The position numbers were made by a program, and so were the translations under genes. From Pseudovirgaria hyperparasitica (lineage: Eukaryota), in assembly GCA_010093815.1 (NCBI GenBank), contig ML996576.1: DNA of 64,000 nt. The stretch is one strand, 5' to 3'. Position 1 is the stretch's first letter, and every line of letters starts with the position of its first letter. This document shows, piece by piece, positions 38,462-53,200 of this stretch. Under the pieces are notes generated by a model. The model saw only the letters and a list, made by a program, of their open reading frames with translations. It had not been told where the DNA came from and ran no database searches.

Positions 38462-40079
38462 ATGATCATGGCGGTCTCTAGTAATCCCGTCCTGCTTGAT
38501 AGATTCATCTTGCTTGTGTTACCACTCTTTTGTGTCTTCATTCTGGTTGAATTACGATATTCATATGCTCGCCGCTTTTTTGCTGCTCTTTTCTCTATAC
38601 TCTTCAGTGTAAGAAGATCTTATGAAATAGTGTACAATCGTTAACAAACCAAAGACATACCTACATCAAAAATACCCAATTATCCAGCACGAGACACAGC
38701 AGCCCCTTCCATCACTCCCGTTCACTTTTCCTAATGGTCAAGGCGACACAGAAAAGTTTCTCCACGGACGAACGAACAGCGCCAAATGGCAGAACCGGTA
38801 TGGATCTCTATATCGGATCTGGTCGGGTCAATCGCCGGAGGTGGTTCTTACTGAGGCTCGACATGTTGAAGCTGTCTTCAAGGACTCGCATACTCACCAA
38901 AAAGCTCACGCGAATGATAGTGGACAGCTCATGTACACGCTCCTTGGGTCCTGCCTCGGACTGATCAGCGGTCAAGGTTGGAAAGCAGTGCGCAAAGCGT
39001 CCGAGCCGGCCTTCTTGCATCGATCTACTTTGGCTTACACCGAAGACTTCACAGAATTGACGAGGTCTTGGATTGCAGGGCTTGTGGACAACCCGGAGTT
39101 TCGCGATAATGGTCGCTTACATCCCGTCGAAGACTTGAAGCTCTTGCCATTCTTGGCAGTTGCTAAAGTTTTGTTTGGCGACTTTGGTGACGATCTAAAG
39201 GCTCGGCTACTCGCAATTATTCCTGGACGAGAACAGCTTATGAAATACGTGGTCAAAGGAGGCATGCCCCGCTTCTGGATTTCCCAGTTCCTCCCGCTGC
39301 AAGCCAACCGCGAGTTGAAAGAATTCAAGTCAAAGTGGGCTTCGTGGACTGACGAAGCATACTCCCGAGCAGTCGAAAATTACTCTGGCGACTCGTTTAA
39401 GCCTTCGATCATTGACATGTACTCAGCTGTGGCTGAAGGTACAATCACGAGGGAGGAGGTCCTGCAAACACTAGATGAAATGTTGTTTGCCAATCTAGAT
39501 GTTACCATGGGAGGAATCTCATGGAACGTGGTCTTCTTGGCTGCCCATCCGAGTATACAGGAAGAATTGCGGAATGAATTTGGTGGAAGAGCTGCCGATC
39601 GAAACGCATATCTTCTGGAGACTAATAATCTTCTTAATTCCTGCATCCTGGAGTCATCTCGGCTGCGGCCGCTGGCTGCCTTCTCCGTCCCACAGTCCTG
39701 TCCTAATGTTCGCGTCCTGGACGGCTACGTTGTGCCACCAGGAACGAAATTTATAGTAGACGCATATGCTCTCAACATCCGCGATCCGTTCTGGGGTAAT
39801 GATAGGGAGCAGTATCGACCACAGAGATTTTTGGAAAGACAGAAGCTCGGCAAAGATACGCGCTATCGTTACTGGCGGTTCGGATTTGGACCGAGACAAT
39901 GTCTAGGAAAATATGTTGCCGATCTTCTGATCAAATGTTTGATCATCGAGCTGTTGGAACGCTATGACTTGAGACTGTTCGAAAGTAAGGAAGCAGAATG
40001 GCCATGGAACGATGAAACCTGGATTCATCACCCGGAGATGGTGGTGATGTGTAAACCGAGAGAGAAAGCAATATTATGA
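38462..40079 (+). CDS. Cytochrome P450, GliC/SirC-type diketopiperazine alpha-carbon hydroxylase family
   Basis: After intron 38609-38654: FPNGQGDTEKFLHG...YRIWSG.SPEVVLT; LDEMLFANLDVT; ESSRLRPLAAFSVPQS; heme motif FGFGPRQCLG. Confidence 0.85.
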
Positions 40080-42068
40080 TCATGGCTGCCCAAAGCAATA
40101 TCGCCAATTGGGTCCAGGTAGGACATACCGCAGGATCAAGTCTCGGAAAATAGATGTTCAATTTTATGACAGCGCATTTCCATAGTAAAGAAGACATGTC
40201 TCGGGTGTATCCCCACCAAAAGCCGACAGAATGATTGAATGAACGTATCCACTGCTACCGCTCTAGATGGTTGAGTGAGACTAGAAGACCAGTACGGAGA
40301 ATCATCATTGTATCGCGAACCTCGAACTGCTTTATAGCGCGTGTTTTATATCGATCATCCGGCTTGACTCCTTCGTTTGTTTTTCTTTTTATGCTACATT
40401 TGAGTAGTGCTCGCGCAGCTTTTGATCGGAAGAATTGTCATCGTCATCGTCTTAGTCGTCGTAAATCTTTGCCCCTAGAGACAAGTGAATTTAGCCTTGA
40501 ACGGATGGCCTAGGGTACCTGCCTTCTTAACGTGATCGACCAAACCCAACGCTGTAGCTCTAGGAAACCAATGAGTTATACGGTTTTCCAGACACCTAGT
40601 AGTCTGATGACCGACGCTGATCTGAATCGATTGGATGTCGATCAGATAATTATCGTATTTCTCTAGCAGTTTTTTCTATACTCCTTTCTAGTGCCGAGAG
40701 AAGCCGGAATTACCATCGTTTGGAACGCATTCTACGCTGAGATAGGTCTGCTTGGACAGATTTAAGGATCCCGAGCGAGCGAAAGTATAGACACAGCTCT
40801 TTGGAGATCATCTAAAGGCCTTGACTTGAGGAAGGAAATAAGGGACAATGAGGGCGAGTCAGGCTGTACATGAGCCTAATTCACCAAGTACGACATCTTA
40901 CCCCTCTCAGTTCATTTACTAACAGCAAACCTCCTGTTGATTGAATGGTCGAGGGCTGAGCGGTCGCGGGGATGTTGCATCTACAGTCAGCAAAAGGCTT
41001 CCAGAAGGAGACCCGACTGCGGAGATGAATACAACCGAGAGCATACTGCTCGTTCAGGAGTTGATGCCATAAAGAACAAGCTGAGAGGTTGCACCTACAG
41101 TCGCTTGTGCGTTGGCCAAGGAAACACGAAATCAAAGTCGGTAGTACGGTAGGCGTACTAGAGCTCCGGTGGACGCTTTGTCACCTTTTCTTTTCATGGG
41201 TGAAAGTTTCTAATTCATTCTCTTTCGAAGTCCCACACTTTCCTAGAACCAGACTAACATCCTCAGGTCGTCTTTATCTTTCGTCCTACGAATCCACAAT
41301 GCAGCCACCGATATCTTGTTTCTGATCATCCTCCACGACGCGCGCAGCTTTCACGACGCGCCCGTCCTTCCCACATCGATCATTACCATCTCACGCGATG
41401 CTTGACTGCATACAACGCGATAATATGTAAAAGCCGGTTGCCTTGGTCCAAACCTACTACATGCGGTACTCCATACTATTTAGTGCAGCGAAGACACCAG
41501 AGGCAAAGAAATAGCAAGATTTGATGATACTACTGTAGCCCCAGGCCAGACCTACAGAGTACAGATTACTATCCAATCTGACAGCAGAGACTTTAGGCTG
41601 CCTTGTTACAAAGTCCTATCGTAAGGAAGAACTTTTGCAAGAGCTTATCTGTCGCTGTATTATTTAACGGGCAGACTGACCTGTCTGGGAGCGTCCGAGA
41701 TTGGCTCCCACTGAAGTAGTCGTATGTGCAGCTCACAGCCATGCCCTGAATTCCCACCACTCTAAGTATACTGTCTTGGCTGCCTGATGCATTTGCTGCT
41801 AGTCGTTGTTGTTTGCAATCATTAGAGGTGTCCACCAATAGCTTCGCACATCTGAGCCGGCCGAAGGTGACTCGAAGCTACACAACCAGGCCTTCAGTGA
41901 CGCTCAAATATGCGAGGTGACGGTACAGTTGAGTTACTTACTTATGGAACGTGATCGATGAGAAGGGATCATGCTAGGATGATTGGCCGATGCTACGCAA
42001 TGATCAAACATGGGTGTAGCTAGACTCGGATCGTCAACATTGAGTTGATCCTTCAATTTTCTTCTATT

Positions 42069-43834
42069 CTATTTTCTTAACGTCACACGACATGGATATC
42101 CGTCTGCCGGATGACTTCCTCCATTCATAATTTGGTAGGCCCTTTCTCCTTCAAGTCTTTTGATTCCGTCCGATGGATTAATCTTGTCCCATTCATCATA
42201 AACTTCCTTAATGTCAAATTCCCTTACAGTGAGAGCCAGAGTCACTTTAATATCCAGCATTGCCAGTGTCTGCCCCAGACAGTTTCTAGGTCCATGTTCG
42301 AACGGTCGCCAAGCGCCTTTGACCGGGTGCAAAGGGTCGCTCGAATTGACCAACCAGCGTTCCGGCAGAAACTCGTTAGGCCTTGGCCAGTATTTGGGAT
42401 TACGTTGCAGAGCTCCGTGTACGATCCAGATGTTCATTGTATCTGTTGGGTAGAGTTGTCCGGAGTCGTTGTCTCGAAGGGATACATCAGGTCGACCTCC
42501 ACGCATGCCAGATGCAGCAGGAAACAATCGCATGGCTTCCTTTATGACAGCCTCCGTATATGGCAGCTTATTCAACAGATCTGGCTGGTCACAAAGAAGC
42601 TTGGGGGTGTCCGTCAGGTTCTCTCCAAGGACAGCGTCGTGCTCATCGCGAAGCTTTTGCATTGCGCCGGGATTATGCTGGAGAAGGTAGTAGCAATAAC
42701 AAATAGACGAAGACGTGGAGTCGTGACCGGCAAAAAGAAACAGTCGGATCTGTGTAGCGGCCCATGACTTAAAGCTATTGTCTAATCGATCGGCGGTCTC
42801 TCCTGATTTGGACGGCTTACCCTCGCGCATGTAATCGGCAATTGTCAGGTTCATGATGGATCTTGTCGAGGCAGCTTTGTCGTCGCTGGCCCATTCTTTG
42901 AAACGCTGGTCAAGCTCCTTGGAAATGTAATTGTTCATCCGATGGCCGTTGTACCATTGCATTATGGGTCTGATCGGGTTCCATCGGATGAATGGATTCA
43001 ACTCGTCATTGAGGCATTGCCACGAGATTTGACTTCTCATGGCGGTGGCAAGCTCGTTGTGTTGCGTCTGCGAGTGGAGTCTCGAGTTACTAGAAACTGT
43101 CAATACACGCTTTCTGGCCAGGAGAAGCTGAACCCACAATGTGACTGCGCCAATTATGTCCATAGTGTACCAGAGCGTAGCTTCGTCTAGAGAAAACATG
43201 TCCTGCTTGCGTGCATGCGACCTGAGGACCTCGAGATAGACCAGCGCTTCTTCAACAATGTGATGGGTCTGGTTGCGGAGGTAGCGATCGTTAAAACCTG
43301 GACTGAACAAAGCTCGCGACGATTTCCATGTGGGACCGTTCATGGTGAAAAGATTATCACCACCAGCGAGTGGCTGGAAGAACGGCTTCAGCGAGCCAGG
43401 CTTGATCAAATCATGTTCCTGACAAGCTTGAATCGCATGACTAGGCGAGGAAACGATAAGGAATGGGTCACAAAATGGCCATAAGTCCAAGTAGAAGAGC
43501 GAATCCGTCTTTCCAAATTTGCGAGACAGAATGACGAACGCATCAGTCTGCTGGGAATCCTTCGGCATTGTCTTTAGTATTTCCGGCATTACTAGAAGGT
43601 GGCCAAGGATGGGATTCCATGGTGGCATTGGCTGATCAATTGTGAGTCCAAGGTTCTGGCCACTATACATTGCAGATATAGACTTACCATGCCAGCTTCG
43701 CGAAGTCTGTAGAAAGGCATGCGAGCTTTGTAGCCTTTGTAAATGACGTACGCAGTAAAGCATAGCCATAGTGGGACAGCGTAGAACAACACCACAAGCC
43801 ATGCCGGACCATGGTCCAGAAATGAGAAGACCAT
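42069..43834 (-). CDS. Cytochrome P450 (VerA/StcS/AflN-like)
   Basis: TM anchor, PMPPWNPILGHL, FYLDLWPF, FLFAGHDSTS, EAMRLFP, PERW and heme motif FEHGPRNCLGQ; two introns. Confidence 0.88.
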
Positions 43835-44594
43835 TGCGGATTGAGTCTTGGACGGAATATGTGCTGCACTAATCAAGACGCGCGGTCCAAAGGTGCCTTT
43901 AAGGTTGTCGCGTCTGGCAGCTGAGGTCGTGCAATGTTTCAAGCTCGGTATTGATACAGGTAAGAAACAAGCAATAGACCACTTTTGTATCCACCCTGCT
44001 TACCTTGTGGACAAGCCTTGCCATCATCTGCGCCGCATATGAAAGTTCGCCCGTGCCTCAGTTTAGCCCCACGTCACTCTATCGGCCTTGGTGGAGATTG
44101 TTATTGAGGCTGCGTACCTGCGCGGTCTGCTAAACACACATCCACATCCTAGCGCTTACTCTAGTCTAAGACATTCGAACAAAGAGGGTCGCTTACATTC
44201 CTATGTTCATGACTCTTCCGCGTACAGCCAACGGCTTGTCTGGTGGCCTCTCTGGCTAACGCACACGCTTCGAACTGCTTCCGCAAAATATCGACGTGAA
44301 TGTTGTCGAGAAGGCAACCGATGAAGGTGTATCATCTCGGCTAGAGACACAAAAGAAACTATCAAGTTGCTCAATCAGCACACAATTGCATGCACGGATT
44401 CACTTTCGAGGTACGCTAGTGCCAAACAATATATCCGCTACACATTTATTTCGAACAGAAAACATGATCTATTTACCCACCCTTCCAAGACTGGAACGCT
44501 CCACATTTAATGAAATCTACGGTACATGTTGCGCATTTCCACGTTGGGCTTAAACCGAGAGCCTGTCTCTAAGCTCCGAGGGGAGAGCTCTTGT

Positions 44595-45965
44595 TTACCG
44601 TCTAAATGTATCGCGTGGCTCATATTCCTCATAAGCTGTTGATGGAGGGCTCACCTCCGATTCGTGGGTAGACTGGACTGACTTTGGTATGTTAGTGTGA
44701 TCCTCAGCTGGCGAACAATTTGTGTGACTTACAAACTGCTTTTTCACAACGATGCTCCGATTAGATTCGCTACCGCACAAGGTATCGTCCATACTGTGGA
44801 GTGCATGACTTCGATTGTAGCCCCTGATAAACGTCCCCAGCCCGGTCATGGTCGGCCGTGGAACCTGAGGCAGGTGACCTATTTCGGTGTCCTCGAAGTC
44901 GTTCTCGGACGATTTGTTCTTTCGGCCTCGGAGTAAACGTTTGTACGAATAGAGCGGTGGTGGGGCGTGCTGGCCCGACTGATTGTGTTTCACAAATGCC
45001 GTTCGGAAGGTTGTCAATGATGCCATGAAGACTGCCACAGCTGCCTCCATGAACTGCCAAAACAGCGACCACGGGACGTCGGTGCCGATATCATTCTTCA
45101 CTTTGCTCACTCGTGTTATGGCCATCGCCACCATCACGAGCGACAGGCAAAGGAAGATACCTAGGACCATTTTCTGACGGAACTTCAAATTTGATTGTCT
45201 CAGAATTATGACTGGAATGCTAACAACTACAAAGTGTTAGATATGCCTCTGACTGGTATGTAAACTCACTCATGATGTCAGTCAAGCAGTCCAGTCCTGT
45301 GATGAATCCAGTCAAAGACACATTCAACAGTGAGCGAGACGGATCCAAGCACTTCACTACTCAAAGGTCAGCGAAAATGAAGATAAAAGATGTAGGTGGC
45401 GTACATGAGTCGACGCCGGAGTAAGGGCACAGTATGAACGGCTCGGAAACCAGAAACATCCAGGTTACTATCGTAAAGACAACGACCGACCAATACCAAA
45501 TGCGAATGCCACGCACTCTATCGATGAGGTTATAGAAGAAAGCCAGGAAAGAGAACTTGACACAGAAAATTGCAGTCCATGCCAGGCAGAGAAACGTTTT
45601 CAATGGAGTTGTGCCGTTAATAACCATATCCAGTTCTTTCGGCGTGAGTCTGTACGCAAGGGTCACATCGTGTTGGATCGCATTGTCGAGGAAGTACGCC
45701 TCTGCATTCACGAAGAGCATGGCAGCCGATACACACAGACAGGCCAGAGCAAAGATGAGGAAGTAGTCATCGAGAGCCAGCCGTCTTTGTGTTGTGAGGC
45801 GTGTTGTCAGTCTCGCAAGCAAAGTCAAAACCGAAATGCCAAAGAAGATCCCGATGGTCACCTGAATGTATCAGCATGCTCAAGTTTTTAACCTTATAAG
45901 GATCCAAAGCGCACCTCATATGTCTTCCGATGGATGGAGGTGTAACTGTCCGTATCTATCTCCAT
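44595..45965 (-). CDS. PTH11-like/rhodopsin-domain integral membrane protein
   Basis: RLALDDYFLIFA, VKFSFLAFF, LDCLTDIM, EAAVAVFMASL; several TM segments and introns. Confidence 0.8.
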
Positions 45966-46702
45966 CTTTCTGCTATCGGTAGAGTCGTTCGACTCGTATC
46001 AGATGTACAAGTTACGATTGCTAAAGACGATTTGCATTCCAGAGGAAGTATGGAGAAGATTACAAGTAAGCCGAAGTCGAGGTTCACGCTGCTGAGCTGG
46101 CTATGCAGCCTTCATATGACCCCCATGCGGAGTCTTCGGTTATTGGCTGGGGCAGCAACATGGCTGAAATCTCACCCTGCAACGTGAGCGCAACCACTAC
46201 GACTATTTTTATCCAGCTGTGGATATCGATGTGTATCCTTGTAGTATTTGGGGTCTGAACTACGCAATCTTGGCGGTCTTACGTCCTGTCAGCGCTTCTG
46301 CAAAGGCGTCAACGGGTTTGACTTCCCTATAGTAGTTGTGAAGCCGAGGTATTGCAGCACGAGAAGCAATGTAGCCAGAATGAATGTCTCGGTCTTCGCT
46401 TTCATGTATTCTGGATTGGTCAACTCCCAAGGGGCTGATTGCGATGCTACATGGGGCAGGCGATAAGGGCAAAATCTACCGACCGGTCAGGTCCACAGTA
46501 ACACGACTCCACATATACTTTCTTATTTCAGTGTCAATGTGTTTCCCTTATTCAGCATACAGTCCTTTAAGTATAAAGTGGTCAGGTCTTCCCAGACTCA
46601 TATAGAATGTTACTGGATGTTACCTCCTGCTCAACATATACTCGCGTATTTCTCCTGGCCGATTTTTCAAATTATCATTTCCTCGAGATTCCTCACATAG
46701 TC

Positions 46703-48541
46703 ATGATCGACTTCATCCGAGGATGTTGGTCTGATGATGATTTTGTGCAGAAGGGAATTGCTATTGCATGTGTGGTTACTCTGCCTTTTGTTTTGAACTA
46801 TATTGTATATGATGTTCTCTTCAAAAGATTGCATGCTCGCATTCCCCATGATACAACCAAAGACCTAGAGCAGCACCCGAAGATTCCACCCACTCTACCT
46901 CATGCTGTACCGATTCTCGGCAGCGCGCTTGGTCTCTTGTTTGGGGGTGCAAAATTCATGGATAGAGCTACGTGTGTATCAATCAACTGTTCTTGTACTA
47001 TATAAGTCTTCAGACTGACATAGTTGTAGTCGATACGCGGGATATCTTGCCCCTGTACGCATATCACTTCCCGTTGATGAGATATACATGATCAGTGGGC
47101 CAACCACTCTTGCCGCCCTGTGGAGGCAGAAGTGGTTGTCAAGTCCTATTTTCGCTTATACTGTCGGCCTCAAGTACATCTTCGGTATGCGAGAGGAGTC
47201 TATCAGAACATATAAAGCGGACAACTCTGGTGTATATCAGAAACCTCATCCAGACAGTAACGTGGAACCACGTAATCGGCTTGACTACCTTACGCACAAC
47301 GGGCTTCTGAAAGGACTCGCCAAAGAAGGTCTTGGGCCTTTACTCCAGCGCTTTGAACACAACTTTCGGTCCAGACTTTCGAGTCTTGGAGTAACGGAGG
47401 AATGGGTTGAAATGCCGGATCTACTTGAGTTCTTTGAACAAAATGTCGGCAACTCCATTCTGGAGGCTCTATTTGGACCAACATTACTCACTCGGAAAAA
47501 CTTCTTACGCGACCTTTGGGACTTTGACCGTGGGATCCGATTCCTAGGGAAGAGGTTTCCGTGGTTCCTGGCACCCAAGGCTCATAGAGCTCGCGATCGC
47601 ATGCTTGCTCATTTACAGGCCTGGTATATTGAAGCGCGGAAGGGATTTACTGAGGCATCAATCTTACCCGATGGAGATGGAGATCCGTTCTGGGGATCCG
47701 AGCTTGTGAGATCAAGACAGAGGTACTTACTCGCTGCTGATGAACAAGACGATGCAGCAGTGTCATCAGTTGATCTGGGCCTTCTGTGGACGTAAGCCAT
47801 ATCCATTCGTGAGTTCGGTGCATTGTTACTGACATTAGCAGCTCTGTCACGAACATCGTACCCAATGCATTGCTCACCATTCTACATGTGTTCGAGGATC
47901 AAGAGCTTCAGAGCAAGTTACGCCAGTCTTTGGCTAATCTTACCAAAAGAAGTGATGGGGTTTCATTCAATGTTGAAGACCTACTTCAAGATCCACTGAT
48001 GAACTCTGTGTACGCAGAGACCTTACGACTTCACGTCCATGTCTTCACCACCCGCTGTTCACCACATCAAGACTTTACTGATGGCCGTTGGTTTGTCCCA
48101 AGAAACAAGGTCTTCATGGTCAACTCTTATCCTGCACATATGGACAACTCCTACTGGAATACAAAGGATGGCAAACATCCCCTGAACACCTTCTGGGCCG
48201 AAAGATTCATCCTTGACCCAAGCGACCCTCTGAGTGGCCCCCGTAAAGATGGCCTCTCCCATGACGACCTTGGTGATAAGGGGATTGAGAAGGCTGGTGA
48301 GAAATTGTTCACACTCAAAGGACTAGACGGAGCATGGATTCCATATGGAGGAGGCTATGGCGCATGCCCGGGTCGACATCTCGCTCGGAGACAGCTTCTT
48401 CTCATCATGGCCACAATGCTGTCGATGTTTGATGTCGAGTTCTTGACACCAAACATTACAATGGATACTTCGGGGTTTGGAATTGCGACGGAGAAGCCAA
48501 AGCAGAAGGTGAAGTTCCGCATGCGAAAGCGCGTCGTTTAG
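46703..48541 (+). CDS. Cytochrome P450 (CYP7/prostacyclin-synthase-like fungal group)
   Basis: PPTLPHAVPILGSA, DPFWGS, YAETLRL, FWAERF and heme motif PYGGGYGACPGRHLA; two introns. Confidence 0.88.
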
Positions 48542-50289
48542 GGTTGGAATCGTATCTAGAATGGGGACGCAACATATCAATATCCATTGGTCAAGCTGTT
48601 ATCTGAGCGAGCATCCCTAAAAAGTAATTCTTGAAGTATTGCGTCACTGGGAGTCTCTTCCCTGTTTGAAAGACTGGATACGTAATGAAATGTGGGTGGC
48701 CGCAATATGTCGCTTGGGTGTTCCCAGCTCCTGTGAAGACGCCAGTAGCGCAGGATCACACGTCAGCACAAGGGGGCATTCACGGTCCCCATAATTCGGT
48801 ATGAGGCATTCCAACCGCTTGAAAACTACCTCATACCTGGCTATGTTGAAGCTGAGAGTTAATATTATTGCTTTGCTAAGATCTAGGTCTGCAAGCATTC
48901 TCCACTCCATCTGGACCTCATCTACACGAGTCGCTGGAAGTGCACCTGAATTGATCTCTCAATCGTTTAGCGTACATATCAAACATTCTCATCAGGACAA
49001 TTTGGGTACCATATACATACACGTTTATATCGGTGTACTAATCAATCTTAGTGGGAACTGCCTGCCCCCGCGTACTAAATTCTAGTTAGCGCCGGGGTCA
49101 GAAATTCCTCCCGACTTCGATCCGTTCCCGCGCCAAACGCCTCGACTCAGCCTGCTTGTATCAATCTACACATACCAATCAGCCAGTCTTCTTACTGCCG
49201 AGAGGCTGAGAGCCTTGTACAGAGCAGGCGTTCTCGAGTGGGTCTGTCATTCACGCGATATGATCTTGCAGCCCTGATTGGATGAAAGAAACGGATCAAC
49301 CCACCATGACTGCATCAGTCCAGTTGGCTAATCAGTATGGAATTCTACTCTGTTGTCAGAGTGGATGCACTAACATGAACGAGCCTGCACCCTGCAGATA
49401 CTGAAGTTGGGCTGACGCTTCAGCTTCCAGGTCAAGGTGTAGCACCAGTAAGGCAAACGATTTTCGGAACTCGACCATTGCGGACCCTCGAAAACAAAGG
49501 CACATCGACCAGCTATGGTGTCGTAACGCCGTCTAGTGACCACATATTATAACATGGAAGGCTATGCGCGGATCTACACTGCACATCAAATTAAAAGAAG
49601 GAAGCAGGGCCGAATTTTGCAGCCCCCAAGGTCTGGGAATGGAGTCAGCAAGGCACACAATCTATGATCCATGCTCGAACAACGATCACAGTCATCAGAT
49701 GGCCTCACCCTGTACTTGCATGGATTCCAGTGCGGGATACCGTTTTCATCCGAGATCGAAGGCATTCCTCCACAACTTGCAGTGTTTTGCATCGATTGGC
49801 TTCTCACGCTCGAGGATGGATAAGCATAGCTGGTGCCCAAGCCTCCTAAACACATTATTGTCGCATGCAACAACGAACAGGGTCCAGTATGCGAGATGAT
49901 CGTGTCCGACATGCGGGCTCCCTTGGCTGTGACACATGTTCCCAAAAGTATCCCAGACAGACGATATCCGTCTGACTTAATCTTACTCTGGCATCTGAAT
50001 AGCAATTTACTAAACGTGTGTAGTCCGAATGTAACTTACATACTATGTATTAATCGGTATTGTCTCGTATCAAAAGCTGACGCATCGGCCGGCACGCGCT
50101 CCCTTGCAATCTCAACAAATGATGATTTTCCTCCACGCCGCAGAGGCATCTCACGTCGGCCAGTTCGTTCTCCAGTCTCAATCTTGATGTAAGCTGCACA
50201 TACCGCCTGAGCTCTAGGGAAGGAGTCGCGGCTGTCACAAACGGTTTGGGTGAAACTTGTAAACAGCCTTTCCTGAAATTTCCTTCGAT

Positions 50290-53200
50290 ATGTCGCCCGT
50301 AGCAGAAATGGGTCCATCGTCACTTCTTCAGGAGTCTTCTGCGCACTGGCTTCATACCATCGAATTCTCAGAGCAGAAAACACCAAGCTCACAGAAGCTT
50401 ACACCGCTCGTCTTCCGAAACTTGTCTGTTCACGGTCATGCAGTCACAGCGGATTTTCAGCATACATGCGGGAACTATCCGTCTGTGCTTCTGGGACGAG
50501 TCCAACATAGACATGCAAAAGACGTATGTATATTGAGATGCTTTGATGGTATCGTAAGAGAATCTCAGATGCACCTGATCCTTGGCAGACCTGGAAGTGG
50601 CTGCACTACACTCCTTAAAACCTTGACTGGAGAAATGGATGGCTTAATGCGGGATGCGGATAGTAAACTTGAGTACGGAGGTGATACTTGCCACCACTAT
50701 TTACAAGAGCACCAACTTACACCAACTTTAGAAATCAATTCTAATCGTCTGCGCAAGACATATCGAGATAGAGCTGTGTACCACGCCGAACAAACTGTGC
50801 ATTTTCCAGAGCTCACTGTACGTGAGACTCTGGAGTTCACTGCAGCAGCCGTCACTCCTGCGTCTCCTCAAGCGGGCGTGTCAAGGAATGATCACATACG
50901 GTCTTATGCTGATGCAACTATCAGACTATTCAGCCTCGAGAAGGTTGCTGATAGTAAGATAGGGGATGATCTTGTTCGAGGAATAAGCGGTGGTGAGCGC
51001 CAAAGGCTTAGTGTTGCAGAAGCCATGATGAAATGCTGTCAAATTCAGGCCTGGGACAATAGTACCCGTGGCCTTGATCATGCGACGGCCCTTTTCTTCG
51101 TCAAACTTCAACGTGCCATGTGTACTGTACTTCAGTCTGTGAGTATCATGTCACTTTATCAAGCATCGGAAGCAATGTACCAGGTGAGATCTGACCATCA
51201 ACCTCTCACATTCTGCTAATTATCACAGGAATTTGACTCGGTTTCCTTGCTATATGATGGATTACAGGTATACTTCGGTCCTACGAATAGGGCGAAGTCG
51301 TTCTTTGAGGACCTAGGGTTCATTTGCAAGCCCGACATGACCACACCAGATTTCTTAACATCCTTGACAAATCCCGCCGAAAGAATGATAGCGAAAGAGG
51401 CCCATAACCGTGTGCCTAGAACTGCCGCAGACTTCGAGCGGGTGTGGAAGTCGAGTAAGGAGTATGGCATGCTACTCCAGGAGATTGATGGACACTTCGT
51501 GTCCGACTCTGGAACCACCGAGTCTAAACCGTGCTCTAATCCTGTGATAAAACGGTAATGGCTAGATCCAGAGTGCCACCACGATCGCATGTTCGAAGTT
51601 AACGTTGCTTAGGTCGACATACATGATTCCCTTTGCTCGTCAGCTGGGGCTCTGTCTCATACGTGCAAGCCAAAGGCTCAAGCATAGCTATGTTGCCACC
51701 CTCTCGGGCATATCTGGGCTTGCTATTCTGGGTCTCATCATCGGGAGTGTTTTTTACGATCTCCAACCCAACACAGGGAACTTCTTTAGTCGAGGAGCCA
51801 TCATCTTCTTCGCCACTATTCTGAATGCCAACGCCAGTGCTTTTGAGGTATTTGAAATGTCTGAGTCATGCAAAGGGCGAATACTAGAGCTAACTCCAAG
51901 TCAGGTATTGACAATGTGGGCACAAAGACCAATCGTGGAGAAGCAGTCTCGCTACTCTCTCTATCATCCGTCGGCTGAGGCTCTTGCATCTATGCTAGCT
52001 GATCTACCGTCTAAGATAATCGCATCTTTGGCATTCAATTTGTCAATCTACTTACTTACCAACCTACGACGGGCGCCTGCTGCATTCTTTACCTTCTACC
52101 TGTTTGGTTTTACGTGTCATCTGACGATGTCAATGTTCTTTCGAATGGTAGGGTCGCTATCACGGACCTTTGCGCAATCAATGGTTCCAGTCTCGGTTTG
52201 GATCCTGAACCTAATCATAACCTCAGGATTTGTGCTCCCATCACAAGACATGCCGCCTTGGATCCGGTGGATCAGCTATCTGAATCCTATGGCATACGCA
52301 TTCGAGTCTGTCATGGTAAATGAAGTAGGGTCACAGTTTACCCAACCGCAGAGGAGGCAAGAGCTAATCGTTAAATCTAGTTTTCGGGTCGCTATTTTTC
52401 GTGCTCAGGGTTCATCCCTTCTGGTCAGTCCTACAACCAAGCCAATGCTCCGCAGACATGCGATTCGGTTGGCTCAGTCCCGGGCGGAACAGAAGTCAAC
52501 GGGTCTCGCTACATCGAATCCCAGTTTTCGTTCAAGATTGAGAATCTTTGGCGTAACTACGGTATTCTGGTTGCTTTCATGATATGCTTTTGCATTATTC
52601 ATCTCCTTGCTGCAGAGTTCATCTCTGCCCAACGTCCACGAGGCGACGTCTTGATTTTCCAAAAAAAGTCTAGCTCAAGACGGGGAGCTATCAGTCAGGT
52701 CGATGAAGAAATTGGCCGAATTACTGGTAGTGAGGAGAGTCCGAATGCAGGGCTAGACTCGCCAAGTACTATCGTACAGACAGAAGAAATTCCCAGTGCG
52801 TTGCATAAGGGCTCAATACTTACCTGGGATGACGTTGGGTACAGGATTGGAACCAAGTTATCGTCTAAACAGATACTATCGGGAATCGATGGATGGGTAA
52901 AGCCTGGCACGTTGACAGCGCTCATGGTATGTCTTATCTCATCATCGATATCGGTGTGTCACTAATCGCGACCATCAAGGGTGCAACAGGCGCGGGAAAG
53001 ACGACATTACTCGATGTTCTGGCAGCCAGAACGAGAGTTGGGGTGGTCACCGGGAACATCAGCGTCAACGGAAAAGTCAGGGACGCCGCCTTCCAGAGAC
53101 AGACAGGTTTTGTGCAACAAACAGACGTACATGTAGAAACATGTACGGTGCGCGAAGCATTAATGTTCAGCGCTACCTTAAGGCAGCCTAGATCTAAGAC

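Noticed and set aside
40200..42000. Possible decayed gli-type sulfur gene in the 2-kb gap
   Set aside because: No GST, dipeptidase, PLP-lyase or thioredoxin-reductase motifs found by eye; tBLASTn would be needed
48600..50280. ORFs upstream of the ABC transporter
   Set aside because: Low coding plausibility and no motifs
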